From IMG/VR virus record IMGVR_UViG_3300012921_000053, positions 1-40,243 of that record: a stretch of DNA of 40,243 nucleotides; one strand, 5' to 3'. The translations under genes were made by a program, and so were the position numbers. Source of the stretch: a virus. Taxonomy: Duplodnaviria; Caudoviricetes. Under the pieces are notes generated by a model. That model searched no databases. It saw only the letters and a list, made by a program, of their open reading frames with translations, and was not told the DNA's origin. This document shows, piece by piece, positions 17,653-26,799 of the stretch; position 1 is the first letter of the stretch; every line of letters starts with the position of its first letter.

Positions 17653-17843
17653 TGGCGACATACATCGGCATCGACCTTGGTTCGGATCGCGGCAGCGCAG
17701 TGCTGGTCGAATACGTCGACGGCAAGATCGCTTCCCTCCGGCCCCTTAATATGGATGACGCGTCGGATTGGGCGGGCATCGAAGCTGATGCAGTTGTGGT
17801 TCGCGAGCGCGACACCGCGCGCGGCCAAGGCTTCACCGCATGA
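17652..17843 (+). CDS. Small hypothetical protein
   Basis: TGATG coupling; GGAGG RBS. Confidence 0.45.
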   Translation: MATYIGIDLGSDRGSAVLVEYVDGKIASLRPLNMDDASDWAGIEADAVVVRERDTARGQGFTA

Positions 17844-18148
17844 TTGGTCTCCTCCGCGACATCTGGGAAACCGGCCAACTCGTTCTGCTGCTCTCCCTCG
17901 GCGCGCTGATCCTGTTCGCCCTGCATCGCTTTTTCGGCTGGCGCGGGGTTGTCGCCGGCGCCTTGGCCATCCTGGGCCTGACCCTTTACCGCAAAGGCCG
18001 CACAGACGGTCACACCCATACCATCGAGAAGGAGCGCGCCGATGCCGGACGTGCCGAACGGACTGCGGAAACTGAGCGCGTGCGCTCTGATCTGCGCAAT
18101 GCCGATCCTGATGAGCTCATGCGCGACGACGGGTTCAAGCGGGACTGA
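17840..18148 (+). CDS. Rz-like inner-membrane spanin
   Basis: N-terminal TM segments, charged helical C-terminus; follows endolysin. Confidence 0.65.
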   Translation: MIGLLRDIWETGQLVLLLSLGALILFALHRFFGWRGVVAGALAILGLTLYRKGRTDGHTHTIEKERADAGRAERTAETERVRSDLRNADPDELMRDDGFKRD

Positions 18149-18293
18149 ACCCCCGCTGCCGGGCGCAGAGTCCTTCTGTTCCATCGCCCGGCCGATCACT
18201 TGGTCCAGCCGCGACACGCCTGAATCGGTGATCCAGATCAAGGCCCACAACGCCGTCGGCAAACGGCTGTGCAACTGGGTAGGCGCTGACTGA
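18042..18293 (+). CDS. Rz1-like outer-membrane spanin lipoprotein
   Basis: Overlaps Rz in another frame; lipobox-like LMSSC; FCSIARPI...HNAVGKRLC. Confidence 0.7.
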   Translation: MPDVPNGLRKLSACALICAMPILMSSCATTGSSGTEPPLPGAESFCSIARPITWSSRDTPESVIQIKAHNAVGKRLCNWVGAD

Positions 18294-19936
18294 TGCCCCG
18301 CTTCACGCCGCCAGATGACCTGCCAGCGGGCGCGCCCACCACGCCCTGCGTCGGCACGGAGCGTCAGCGTGAGGTCGCCAGGGCGGTGATCGCGACCGGA
18401 AGCGTCTCAGCGGCGGCTCGCGAACTCGGCATCAAGCGATCGCAGGTCCAGCGGGCATTGACCGCGCTGCGCCGCAAGGGCGCGCTCGCCGCATCCTCGA
18501 CCATCCGCCGCTACCTGTTGACGGCGGCCCAAGACGACACCGCCGTGCACGCGCCGTTCTGGCAGAACCTGCTGGCGTATGGCGAACATCTGGGCGCCGA
18601 GGTGATGGTCGGCCCGTTCACTTACAACAAGGCCGTCTTCAGCGACCACGAGACGCGCGGCGGAGCGTTCCGCGCGGAGCTCCAGCCGTACCTGCGCTAC
18701 GATCAGGTCGACCTGGGCCCCATCGTCTTCTGCGCCGAGATGAACACCCTTCCCACGGCGGTCCAGCCGTTGTCGGGACTGGAGGCCTACACCGGCCAAA
18801 AGTGGAGCGTCTTCCCGCACGCGAAAGTGGCCCTGCTGTCCGTGCCCACGGCGGTTGACCGTCTGCCCAAGCAGATCATGACCACCGGCTGCTGCACGAT
18901 CGACAACTACATCGAGAAGAAGGCGGGGCTGAAGGCGCGCTTTCATCACATCATTGGCGCCACTTTGGTCGAGATCGACGACGAGGACCGTGTCTGGTGC
19001 CGCCAACTTAACGCCGCCAGTGATGGCTCGTTTCAGGACATGGACGTCGTCGTTCGCGATGGCGAGATCACAGACGGGCATGCGGTCGAGGCGGTGTGCT
19101 GGGGCGACTTGCACGTTGAGAAGATGGACCCGATCATCGCGGATGCCGGCTGGGGCGTCGACCTCGAGCACATGACCTGCGTGCCGGGCGACACGATGAT
19201 CGACGCGCTGCGCCCGCGCTACCAGTTCTTCCACGATGCGCTCGACTTCACGGCGCGGAACCACCACAACATCAAAGATCACCACCACCGCTTCCGCATG
19301 ATCCAGGCGGGAACTGACCTGGTCGAGAGCGATGTCGCCGGCGTCGCTCGCTTCGCTCGGGCCACGCAGCGCGACTTCTGCCAGACCGTCTTCGTGTTCT
19401 CGAACCACGACGATGCCCTGCCGCGGTGGCTGAAGACTGCCGACTTCCGCGAAGATCCGGCGAACGCGCCGTTCTTCCTGCGCTGCCAGCTTGCGCTCTA
19501 TGAGGCGATGCAGCGTGAAGACCGCGACTTCAACGTGTTTTGGTGGGCGCTCCAGCAGGTCGACGACCGCCGCATGGACGGGCTGCTGTTCGTTGACGAC
19601 GACGAATCCTTCGTCATCTGTCAGGCGACCGGCGGGGTCGAGTGCGGCATGCACGGCCATCTCGGCATCAACGGCTCAAGGGGCAGCGCGGTCCAGCTCA
19701 CCAAGACAGCCATGCGCATCAATCGCGGCCACGAGCACAGCCCCTCGATCCATGCCGGCGTCTATACGGCCGGGATCAGCGGCAGGCTGGATCAGGGTTA
19801 CAACCGCGGCCTGTCTGGCTGGTCGCAGACGCACATCGTCACCTATCCGAATGGAAAGCGGACGCTGGTCACGATGGTCGACGGCATGTGGCGGGCCGGT
19901 GCAGGGAGGGCGGTCGAGATGCTGGAGGCGGCGTGA
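18293..19936 (+). CDS. HTH plus calcineurin-like metallophosphoesterase-fold protein
   Basis: N-terminal SVSAAARELGIKRSQV HTH; WGDLH, FFHD, SNHD, MHGH, GHEH motifs in order. Confidence 0.7.
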   Translation: MPRFTPPDDLPAGAPTTPCVGTERQREVARAVIATGSVSAAARELGIKRSQVQRALTALRRKGALAASSTIRRYLLTAAQDDTAVHAPFWQNLLAYGEHLGAEVMVGPFTYNKAVFSDHETRGGAFRAELQPYLRYDQVDLGPIVFCAEMNTLPTAVQPLSGLEAYTGQKWSVFPHAKVALLSVPTAVDRLPKQIMTTGCCTIDNYIEKKAGLKARFHHIIGATLVEIDDEDRVWCRQLNAASDGSFQDMDVVVRDGEITDGHAVEAVCWGDLHVEKMDPIIADAGWGVDLEHMTCVPGDTMIDALRPRYQFFHDALDFTARNHHNIKDHHHRFRMIQAGTDLVESDVAGVARFARATQRDFCQTVFVFSNHDDALPRWLKTADFREDPANAPFFLRCQLALYEAMQREDRDFNVFWWALQQVDDRRMDGLLFVDDDESFVICQATGGVECGMHGHLGINGSRGSAVQLTKTAMRINRGHEHSPSIHAGVYTAGISGRLDQGYNRGLSGWSQTHIVTYPNGKRTLVTMVDGMWRAGAGRAVEMLEAA

Positions 19937-20376
19937 GCACGGTCGTTTACCGAGACGGCATCATGGCCGCCGACTCCCGCGCCTACGGCGGGTCGGGCTC
20001 ACCGTCGCCCGGATGGAAGCAAAAGGTCCACCGCCTGCCGGACGGGTCCGTCGTCGGGGTCGCGACCGCGGTAATCGGCATGGCCGAGAGGTTCGTTGCG
20101 TGGCTTGCGGCCGGCGCGGACCCGGACGGATGGGGCGGTGATGTGAAGCCCGACCTGCGGGCTATCATGGTGAAGCCAGACGGCACCCGCTTCCTCGCCG
20201 AAGATGCGTTTTTCTGGGCAGGTCCCATTGAAACGGATTTCTTCGCGATCGGAAGCGGGTCTGCGTACGCGACGGGAGCCTTGGCTCGCGGCGCTTCAGC
20301 GGTCGAGGCCGTAGAGGTCGCGATCCTGTACGACCACCACAGTGGCGGGACGGTCAGCGCGCTCTCCGTGCGTTGA
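19933..20376 (+). CDS. HslV/proteasome-beta-like Ntn hydrolase
   Basis: GTG start; STVVYRDGIMAADSR, KVHRL, FAIGSGSAYATGAL, DHHSGG. Confidence 0.8.
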   Translation: MSTVVYRDGIMAADSRAYGGSGSPSPGWKQKVHRLPDGSVVGVATAVIGMAERFVAWLAAGADPDGWGGDVKPDLRAIMVKPDGTRFLAEDAFFWAGPIETDFFAIGSGSAYATGALARGASAVEAVEVAILYDHHSGGTVSALSVR

Positions 20377-20377
20377 G
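20366..20377 (+). promoter_or_regulatory. Late promoter motif copy 2 (contains the stop codon of the upstream gene)
   Basis: CCGTGCGTTGAG. Confidence 0.7.
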
Positions 20378-20418
20378 GCCACCACTGGCCAGCGCATCCT
20401 CCTCACAAGGAGGGGCGC

Positions 20419-20796
20419 ATGCTGAAACAAATCGCTGTCGCTGCGGCGGCCATGCTCACACCGGTCATGTCAGGCCCCTCCGCCTCTATGCAGGCGCCGG
20501 ACTTCCCGCTGCCGAGCGCGCCGCCCGCGAGCATCGTTCAGGCGGCCCCGCCGCAATACTGGGGTGATCCGGGCGCGTTCCTGATCGCTTTTGGATCGCC
20601 GGCGGAGGTCGATGCCTATTGCACGGGCGGCAGCCGAGCGCCGCGCAACTACGTTGTCCTGGCCTGCACGCGCGACGACCGGCGCCAGGTCGTGATGCCG
20701 AACCCCTGCCTGTACCAGCACGAGTACTTTGCGAAGCTCATGTGTCACGAGCAAGGGCACCTGTCTCGGCCCGGCCTTCCGGGCTGGCGCCACTAG
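20419..20796 (+). CDS. Secreted small protein with HExxH (zincin-like) motif
   Basis: Signal peptide MLKQIAVAAAAML; LMCHEQGH; AAGGAGG RBS. Confidence 0.65.
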   Translation: MLKQIAVAAAAMLTPVMSGPSASMQAPDFPLPSAPPASIVQAAPPQYWGDPGAFLIAFGSPAEVDAYCTGGSRAPRNYVVLACTRDDRRQVVMPNPCLYQHEYFAKLMCHEQGHLSRPGLPGWRH

Positions 20797-20798
20797 TC

Positions 20799-20810
20799 CC
20801 GTGCGTTGAG
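20799..20810 (+). promoter_or_regulatory. Late promoter motif copy 3
   Basis: CCGTGCGTTGAG upstream of the head-spike genes. Confidence 0.75.
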
Positions 20811-20856
20811 CGTGCCGGCCCGCTACGGCCTGTTGGCGTGAACTGGAGAGCTCACG

Positions 20857-21141
20857 ATGGCTGCATTTGACCGTGCTCGCGACAACGCTTCACCTCTGCA
20901 TGCCGATATTCCGGCGCGTGATGCTGGAGCGGTCACCGCGTCGGACCTAACGGACTTCGCCTCCTACCCTCGCGCCCTTTTCGTCGGCGTCGGCGGCGAC
21001 GTCTCCCTCGTTCCTGTGGCTTCAGCCGCGGACACGGGCGTCGTTTTCAAGAACGTCGTCTCGGGGACCATTCTGCCGATCCAGAGCCGCCGCGTGAACT
21101 CGACGGGGACCACCGCGACCGACATCGTGGCCCTGTACTAA
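20857..21141 (+). CDS. Head spike base protein (RcGTA Rcc01079/GhsA family)
   Basis: PARDAGAVTASD..D...PRALFVGVGGDV...VVFKNV..GTILPI..RRV..TGTTATDIVALY. Confidence 0.8.
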   Translation: MAAFDRARDNASPLHADIPARDAGAVTASDLTDFASYPRALFVGVGGDVSLVPVASAADTGVVFKNVVSGTILPIQSRRVNSTGTTATDIVALY

Positions 21142-21809
21142 TGATCGGCCTGAGTCTTGGGCTTGCCGGAGGCCGGGGCGCGGGATCGAGTGGCGGGCTC
21201 GGAGCTGACGGCGGTTTCGATCTGGATTTCGGCCGGCAGCGTTACGCCGTCGCCGGGCCGTATTCCGCCGCCTCGCCGCTGACCTTCACGACGCCGGTCA
21301 CCCTGACGGCCGACGGGTTTCTGGCCGACGACGTCGGCAACAACGTCACGATGGCGCTGGGCTCGTGGTTCAACCGCGCGGCCGGAACGCTGATCGTTGA
21401 GGCCAAACAGGTGACCCTGGTCGCCACGAGCTTGGCCCCCTGCGGGTTCAACAGCGGCGACAGCGCCAATCAGGCCTTCATGTACCGCCAGAGCACCGGG
21501 GCCATCAACGGCTTCGGATTCCCCGGCACCCACGTGCTGGCCTCGACCGAGAACGCAGTGGCCGACGTCTTCTGGCGCGGCGCTATCGCCCTGACTGCGT
21601 CGACGGGCGATGTGAAGGTCTGCGCCAAGGGTGCGGCGGTGCAGACGGCCAACTGGGGCGCCGATGTCGCCACCCTGATGACCGCGGTGACGCAGATCAA
21701 CGTCGGCGCGGCCGTTCCCGGCGGCGCGGTGTTCGGCGGCTACGTCCGCCGCATCCGGTATATTCCGCGCGTGCTGAGCGACGTCGAGATGATCGCCGCC
21801 ACGGTCTAG
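21141..21809 (+). CDS. Head spike fiber protein (Rcc01080/GhsB-like)
   Basis: MIGLSLGL N-terminus, LDLDF motif, GTLIVE...GYVRRIRYIPRVLSD lectin-like C-terminus; TAATG-coupled to the spike base gene. Confidence 0.65.
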   Translation: MIGLSLGLAGGRGAGSSGGLGADGGFDLDFGRQRYAVAGPYSAASPLTFTTPVTLTADGFLADDVGNNVTMALGSWFNRAAGTLIVEAKQVTLVATSLAPCGFNSGDSANQAFMYRQSTGAINGFGFPGTHVLASTENAVADVFWRGAIALTASTGDVKVCAKGAAVQTANWGADVATLMTAVTQINVGAAVPGGAVFGGYVRRIRYIPRVLSDVEMIAATV

Positions 21810-21810
21810 C

Positions 21811-21822
21811 CCGTGCGTTGAG
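21811..21822 (+). promoter_or_regulatory. Late promoter motif copy 4
   Basis: CCGTGCGTTGAG, 29 nt before the terL ATG. Confidence 0.8.
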
Positions 21823-21851
21823 CCAATCGCCCGCGCGACCACCCTCGCGTC

Positions 21852-23477
21852 ATGGCCCGCAAGGCATCCGCACCACCGCCCCGCGAGCCGATCCGGTTCG
21901 AACCCGACGGCAAGATCCTGTCCGCGTTCATGCAGGCAGCAAACGATTTCGACATCATCCAGGGGCCGATCGGCTCGGGCAAGACGGACGCCGCGATCAT
22001 GCGTCTGTTCATCCACGCCAGCCAGCAGCCGGCGCAGCGCGACAACATCCGCCGCAGCCGCTTCGCCATCGTCCGCTCGACCTTCCCCGAACTGAAGACG
22101 ACCACCATCCCGTCGTTCGTGAACCTGTTTCCTGAGGGGTCGGAGGCACAGCACGGGTTCGGCGAGATGTCGTGGTCGCCCCCGTTCACCTACCACATGC
22201 GTTACGGCGACATCGAAGCCGAGTTCATCTTCCTTGCGCTGGACAAGGACGACGACGTCAAGAAGCTGCGCTCGCTCCAGCTCACCGGAATCTATTTCAA
22301 CGAGCTCCAGTACATCAACCTGATGCTGGTGACCGAGGGGCTGTCGCGTTGCGGCCGCTATCCCTCGGTGAAGAACGGCGGCTGCAACTGGTCCGGCGGC
22401 ATCGCCGACATGAACGCGCCGGAGAGCCTGCATTGGGCGCCGATCATGTTCGGCAAGGCCCCGGTTCCCGACCACTTCACGCCCGACGACGTTCAGCGCC
22501 ACAAATGCCCGCCGGGCTGGTGCCTGTTCATCCAGCCGCCGGCGCTGCTGGTGCTGGACGACCGCCTGCGCGCGTCCGGGCTGGAGGCGCTGAATCCGGG
22601 CGACGAGGTCGAGTATTGCGTCAACCCGGGCGCGGAGAACCTGCGCTGGCTGCGATCCGACTACTATCCGAAGAAGATCCACGGGGTGAAGCGCCAGTGG
22701 ATCGACGCCAACTGCCGCAACATCGCCGCCAGTCAGATGAAGGGCAAGGCGGTGCACCCGCTGTTCCGCAGCGAGAGCGAACAGAACAGCCACGTCTCGC
22801 GCAACGCCCTGAAGTTCAATCCCGAGCTCGACCTGTACGTCGGCATGGACTTCGGCCTTACGCCGGCGGTCGTGTTCGGCCAGACCATCCGGGGGCGGGT
22901 GTTCGTACTCGGCGAACTCTACGCGGAGGAGGTGGGGGCGACGAGCTTCGCGCCGATCGTCAAGCGCGAGATTCTGCGCCGCTTCCCCGGCCTTGATCTG
23001 GCGCGGGTCAAGTTCATCGGCGACCCCGGCTCCGCCATCCGGTCTCAGACGGACGAGCAGACCCCGTTCGACATCTTCCGCCAGCACGGCATGCCGGTCA
23101 GGCCCGCTCCGGGCGCCAACCGGTTCTCGACCGTCGGCGGGCGCAAGGAGGTTGTCGACAATCTGCTGGAGCGTCAGGTCGACGGCTACCAGGCGTTGAT
23201 GATCGACCCGGCGTGCCGGATGCTCGTGCAGGGCATGGGCGGCGGCTACCAGTTCAAGGTCACCAAGACCTCCTACGGCGAGTTCGTCTCGAGCGACGTC
23301 GTCAAGAACCAGTACAGCCATACGGCAGACGCCTTCCAGTATCTGCTGCTGGGCATGGGCGAGGGCGGCAACCTGCTGTTCGGCGCGGGGCGCAACATCG
23401 CTGCGGTCCAGACAAAGGTGCAGGCGCGGGTGTTTGACCGCGGGGCACGCGCCCCGGTGTTCAGGGCTCGCCGATGA
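21852..23477 (+). CDS. terL: Terminase large subunit
   Basis: GPIGSGKT Walker A, IYFNE Walker B, GMDFGLTPA and SHTADAFQY nuclease motifs. Confidence 0.93.
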   Translation: MARKASAPPPREPIRFEPDGKILSAFMQAANDFDIIQGPIGSGKTDAAIMRLFIHASQQPAQRDNIRRSRFAIVRSTFPELKTTTIPSFVNLFPEGSEAQHGFGEMSWSPPFTYHMRYGDIEAEFIFLALDKDDDVKKLRSLQLTGIYFNELQYINLMLVTEGLSRCGRYPSVKNGGCNWSGGIADMNAPESLHWAPIMFGKAPVPDHFTPDDVQRHKCPPGWCLFIQPPALLVLDDRLRASGLEALNPGDEVEYCVNPGAENLRWLRSDYYPKKIHGVKRQWIDANCRNIAASQMKGKAVHPLFRSESEQNSHVSRNALKFNPELDLYVGMDFGLTPAVVFGQTIRGRVFVLGELYAEEVGATSFAPIVKREILRRFPGLDLARVKFIGDPGSAIRSQTDEQTPFDIFRQHGMPVRPAPGANRFSTVGGRKEVVDNLLERQVDGYQALMIDPACRMLVQGMGGGYQFKVTKTSYGEFVSSDVVKNQYSHTADAFQYLLLGMGEGGNLLFGAGRNIAAVQTKVQARVFDRGARAPVFRARR

Positions 23478-23893
23478 TCGAGTCCGACCCCTCCGTCATC
23501 GGCGGCTGGTATGTCGCCTTCTTCAACGACGAGCGCCGATTCTGGTGGTCGCCCCTGTGCCGCGACGGGTTCCGGCATGTGGCCGCCTTCGCCTATGACG
23601 CCGAGGCCGGCGTCTGGCTGCTCTACGACGTCACGCTGCACCGCACGATCCTGCGCGCCCTATCGTCCGAGCGGATGGACGCATGGGTCGACGCCCTGCC
23701 TGCAAACGCCCGCATCGTCCACTTCGAGCCAACGGCCACACCCCACGCCACACCCCTGCGTATTGGTTTCTGGTGCGCCCCGGCCATCGCGCACCTTGTC
23801 GGCGTGCGGTCCCGTGCGTTGAGGCCGGAGGCCCTATACCGCGATCTGCTGGCTCAAGGCGCGCGCCCTGCGTTCGAGAGCAAGCCCGTATGA
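23474..23893 (+). CDS. Conserved phage protein (possible permuted papain-like fold)
   Basis: GFRHVAAF His precedes FWCAPAIAHLVG Cys; lies between terL and portal. Confidence 0.6.
   Translation: MIESDPSVIGGWYVAFFNDERRFWWSPLCRDGFRHVAAFAYDAEAGVWLLYDVTLHRTILRALSSERMDAWVDALPANARIVHFEPTATPHATPLRIGFWCAPAIAHLVGVRSRALRPEALYRDLLAQGARPAFESKPV
23812..23823 (+). promoter_or_regulatory. Late promoter motif copy 5 (intragenic)
   Basis: CCGTGCGTTGAG inside a CDS, upstream of the portal operon. Confidence 0.6.
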
Positions 23894-24186
23894 GAAGCCC
23901 CAAGCCCGCGAAGGAAGACCCTGCCGTCGTTGCAGCGCGGGAGCGTGAGCAGCGCCGGGCAGAGAACGCACGCACCGAGGAAACACAGGCCCTGCTGATC
24001 GGCGCGACCCAGCGGCGTCTTCGCCGCTACGGCAGCATCAACGGCGGTGGCTCGGTGCCGATCTATGGCGGCGGCGGACCGGTTGGGGGCGCGGTTTCGT
24101 CTGGTGGCGCAGCGATGGGTGGCGGAAGCGGGTCGATTTACTCTGGTGGTGGTGGCGGTGGCCGCGAGATGGCGGTTCTGTACTGA
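23890..24186 (+). CDS. Small Gly-rich virion-associated protein preceding portal
   Basis: MRSPKPAKEDP...; ATGA and TGATG coupling. Confidence 0.65.
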   Translation: MRSPKPAKEDPAVVAAREREQRRAENARTEETQALLIGATQRRLRRYGSINGGGSVPIYGGGGPVGGAVSSGGAAMGGGSGSIYSGGGGGGREMAVLY

Positions 24187-25730
24187 TGGCCGACGACCGC
24201 CGCCAAATCACTCGACGCATTGCCGCGGCTGAGCAGGACCGTAATCGGCACGAGCCCTGGATAAACGAGTGCCTGCGCCTGGCGCTACCGACCTATCGGC
24301 GCGTCAACGCTCCGGTCACGCCCGAGGCGCGCAACGCCGAGCAGGACGACCAGTTCGACAACGAGCTGGAGATCGTGGCTGAGGACTTCGCGTCCGACAT
24401 GATCTCGACGTTCACCCCGCGCCACGAGCGCTGGGTGTCGTTCGATCCGGCCGAGAGCCTGACCGAGGGGCAGCGCCGGGAAATCGCACCGCAGCTTCGC
24501 GCTTTCGAGGACGCGATCTTTGCCGAGATCGAACGGTCGAACTATTACGACGCCGCTCAGGAGTGCTTCGCGTTCTGGGGCGTGTCGGCGATGATGGTTG
24601 CGGTCTCGGACATGGGGCCGCTCAATCCGTTGCATTTTCAGCCTGTCGAGATTCCGGACGCGCTCATGGAGCGGGGTCCGGACGGGTCGGTGACCGGCAA
24701 GTGGCGCCAGATGGAACTGACGCCGCTCGACATGCACTTCCTGTGGGGCGAGCGCTACGGCGAGCTGTTCCCTATGCCGGCGAACAACGCGGGGCGGCAG
24801 CCTTGCAAGGTCGTCGAGGGCTGCGACCGAGACTGGTCAACGCCCGGCGTTGAAAAGTGGAACTATCGGATCCTCGTCAACGGAAAGGAGCGGGTCAAGG
24901 AAACCTACGAGGGCGCCGGATCCTGCCTGCTGATCGCCTGCAGGTTCCGTCAGCAGGCCGACTCCGCCTGGGGGCCTGGCCCGTTCAAAAAGGCGACACC
25001 ACGCGCACGCGTGCTCGATGAGCTCGGCTACCTGAATCTCAAAGGACTGGGGCGGTCAATCGATCCGCCGTTCAGTTACGAGGAAGACGGCCTCGTCAAC
25101 TTCGACGGCGGTATGCAGCCCGGCATGGCCTACGCCCGTGCCGTGGGCTCAGAGGCTCCTGAGGCCTTTCTACCCGATGTCCGGTTCGACGCGTCTTATT
25201 TCGCTGCGGACGAAATGCGCAAAGCCATCAAGCGTGCCTGCTACCAGGACCGCCCCGAGCAGCCCGGCGATACCCCGCCGACGCTTGGGCAGTGGATGGA
25301 CGAGAAGGCGTGGAACACGCGCCGCAAGGAACTGCCGCGTGACCGATGTGTCCGCGAGTGGGTTCTGCCGATCATCGAGCGCGTCGCGTGGATTTTGGCC
25401 AAGCGCGGCGTGTTGCCGGAAATCAAACTGAAGGGCGGGAAGGCCATTGCCTGCCGGCCGATCAGCCCGCTGTCCAAGGCCAAGGACCTCGAGGACATGA
25501 ACCTGACCGGCCAGGTTTTGGCGATGTCGCGAGGAATCGGCGAGGCGGTCCAGGTCGGCGTGCCGATCGACGCCAAGGCAACCATGCAGAACCTGATCGA
25601 GACGGCAAAAGAGCGTCACATCGTCATGCTGAGCGATGAGCAGATCGCGGCCGCTGAAATGGCCGCTCTCGCCAAAAACGGCGTGGATGACGCGGCCGGG
25701 GCCATGAGCCTGCAGGGGCAAGGCGTGTGA
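24186..25730 (+). CDS. Portal (T7-like head-to-tail connector)
   Basis: 514 aa; IERSNYY, RFRQ...AWGPGP, PISPLSKA patterns; position in the module. Confidence 0.88.
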   Translation: MADDRRQITRRIAAAEQDRNRHEPWINECLRLALPTYRRVNAPVTPEARNAEQDDQFDNELEIVAEDFASDMISTFTPRHERWVSFDPAESLTEGQRREIAPQLRAFEDAIFAEIERSNYYDAAQECFAFWGVSAMMVAVSDMGPLNPLHFQPVEIPDALMERGPDGSVTGKWRQMELTPLDMHFLWGERYGELFPMPANNAGRQPCKVVEGCDRDWSTPGVEKWNYRILVNGKERVKETYEGAGSCLLIACRFRQQADSAWGPGPFKKATPRARVLDELGYLNLKGLGRSIDPPFSYEEDGLVNFDGGMQPGMAYARAVGSEAPEAFLPDVRFDASYFAADEMRKAIKRACYQDRPEQPGDTPPTLGQWMDEKAWNTRRKELPRDRCVREWVLPIIERVAWILAKRGVLPEIKLKGGKAIACRPISPLSKAKDLEDMNLTGQVLAMSRGIGEAVQVGVPIDAKATMQNLIETAKERHIVMLSDEQIAAAEMAALAKNGVDDAAGAMSLQGQGV

Positions 25731-25987
25731 CCCGTCCAGCGCGTACGTTCGCCAGTCTGCGCCCCGAGCCGCCGGCAGAGGCGCTGCCCGCCGAAGGCAT
25801 TGCCGCGGCGATGATAAACATCGCGCGCGTACCCGACGGCAAGCACCTCGCAGCCTGGTTGATGGCGGAGATGCGCAGGCCGGCGCACCCCGGCGCCAGT
25901 GCCGATCAGCTTCGCGAGGCCGAGGGCGCGCGTCGTGCGTACGAACGCTTGCTGGACATGATGGAGGCTAATCCGACCGTGCGTTGA
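25727..25987 (+). CDS. Bbp19-like small phage protein
   Basis: PDGKHLAAWL...LREAEGARR; between portal and scaffold. Confidence 0.6.
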   Translation: MTRPARTFASLRPEPPAEALPAEGIAAAMINIARVPDGKHLAAWLMAEMRRPAHPGASADQLREAEGARRAYERLLDMMEANPTVR

Positions 25988-25988
25988 G
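25977..25988 (+). promoter_or_regulatory. Late promoter motif copy 6 (contains the stop codon of the upstream gene)
   Basis: CCGTGCGTTGAG, 31 nt before ATG 26020. Confidence 0.8.
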
Positions 25989-26019
25989 AGCCAACGCCCT
26001 AGCCGCGCATCGTCCCGGC

Positions 26020-26799
26020 ATGACTGATACCGTCGCCCCGTCCAAGCCATTCGCCATCGGCCGCATGTCCGCGACCGAGCGTGCGATGGGCCGTTACATG
26101 CGCGATGAGGGCGGGCACACCCCGGCCGTGCCTGCCGGATCGACGGAACCCGCCGCCACGAGCGTTCCGGCGCCTGCCGATGCAAGCCTGATCGCGCCGT
26201 CCGACAGCCACGCCCCCACCCGCCCTGACGGCCTGCCCGAAACCTACTGGGATGAAGCCACGGGCGTCGTGAAGCCGGAAGCCTACACCCGTCTCGCTGA
26301 GCTTGAGGCCCAGATCGCCGCGAAGGCGGAGGGTGTGCCCGAGACCCCCGACGCCTACGTTCTGGAACTGCCCGAGCCGGTCGTCGGTCTCGACGGCAAG
26401 CCGGTGGCTTTCGACGCCGAAGACCCACTGGTCAAGGCGCTGCTCCCGGCTTTCCACGAAGCCGGCGTTCCGCAGGCCGCCTTCGCCAAGATCTTGCAGG
26501 CGTACGCCGCGACCGAGGTTGCTGCGGCCGCTGCCGAGCAGGAAGTCGCGACTGCCTACGTCGCGGCCGAGCAAACCAAGCTGGGCGCGAACCACAAGGA
26601 ACGCACGGCTGCCCTCCACGGGCAGGTCGTCGCGGCCATCGGGGCCGAGTCGGCTGAAGCCCTGCGCATGCAGATGCGAAGCGCCGACGGCGTGCTCGCT
26701 CTCGAACAACTCGTCTCGAAGATCCAGGGACCGGCCATGTCGGCCGCGCCCGCCAAGACCCCGGCCACGCCGGACATCGCAACCCGTCTTTACGGCTAA
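26020..26799 (+). CDS. Capsid scaffolding/assembly protein
   Basis: RPDGLPETYWD, VPETPDAY, C-terminal IATRLYG; directly before the capsid gene. Confidence 0.75.
   Translation: MTDTVAPSKPFAIGRMSATERAMGRYMRDEGGHTPAVPAGSTEPAATSVPAPADASLIAPSDSHAPTRPDGLPETYWDEATGVVKPEAYTRLAELEAQIAAKAEGVPETPDAYVLELPEPVVGLDGKPVAFDAEDPLVKALLPAFHEAGVPQAAFAKILQAYAATEVAAAAAEQEVATAYVAAEQTKLGANHKERTAALHGQVVAAIGAESAEALRMQMRSADGVLALEQLVSKIQGPAMSAAPAKTPATPDIATRLYG

Noticed and set aside
21138-23321. 727 aa minus-strand ORF (and similar ones at 34569-36716, 29830-31362, 18407-19660)
   Set aside because: Antisense shadows of clear + strand genes, expected with high-GC codon bias; no motifs
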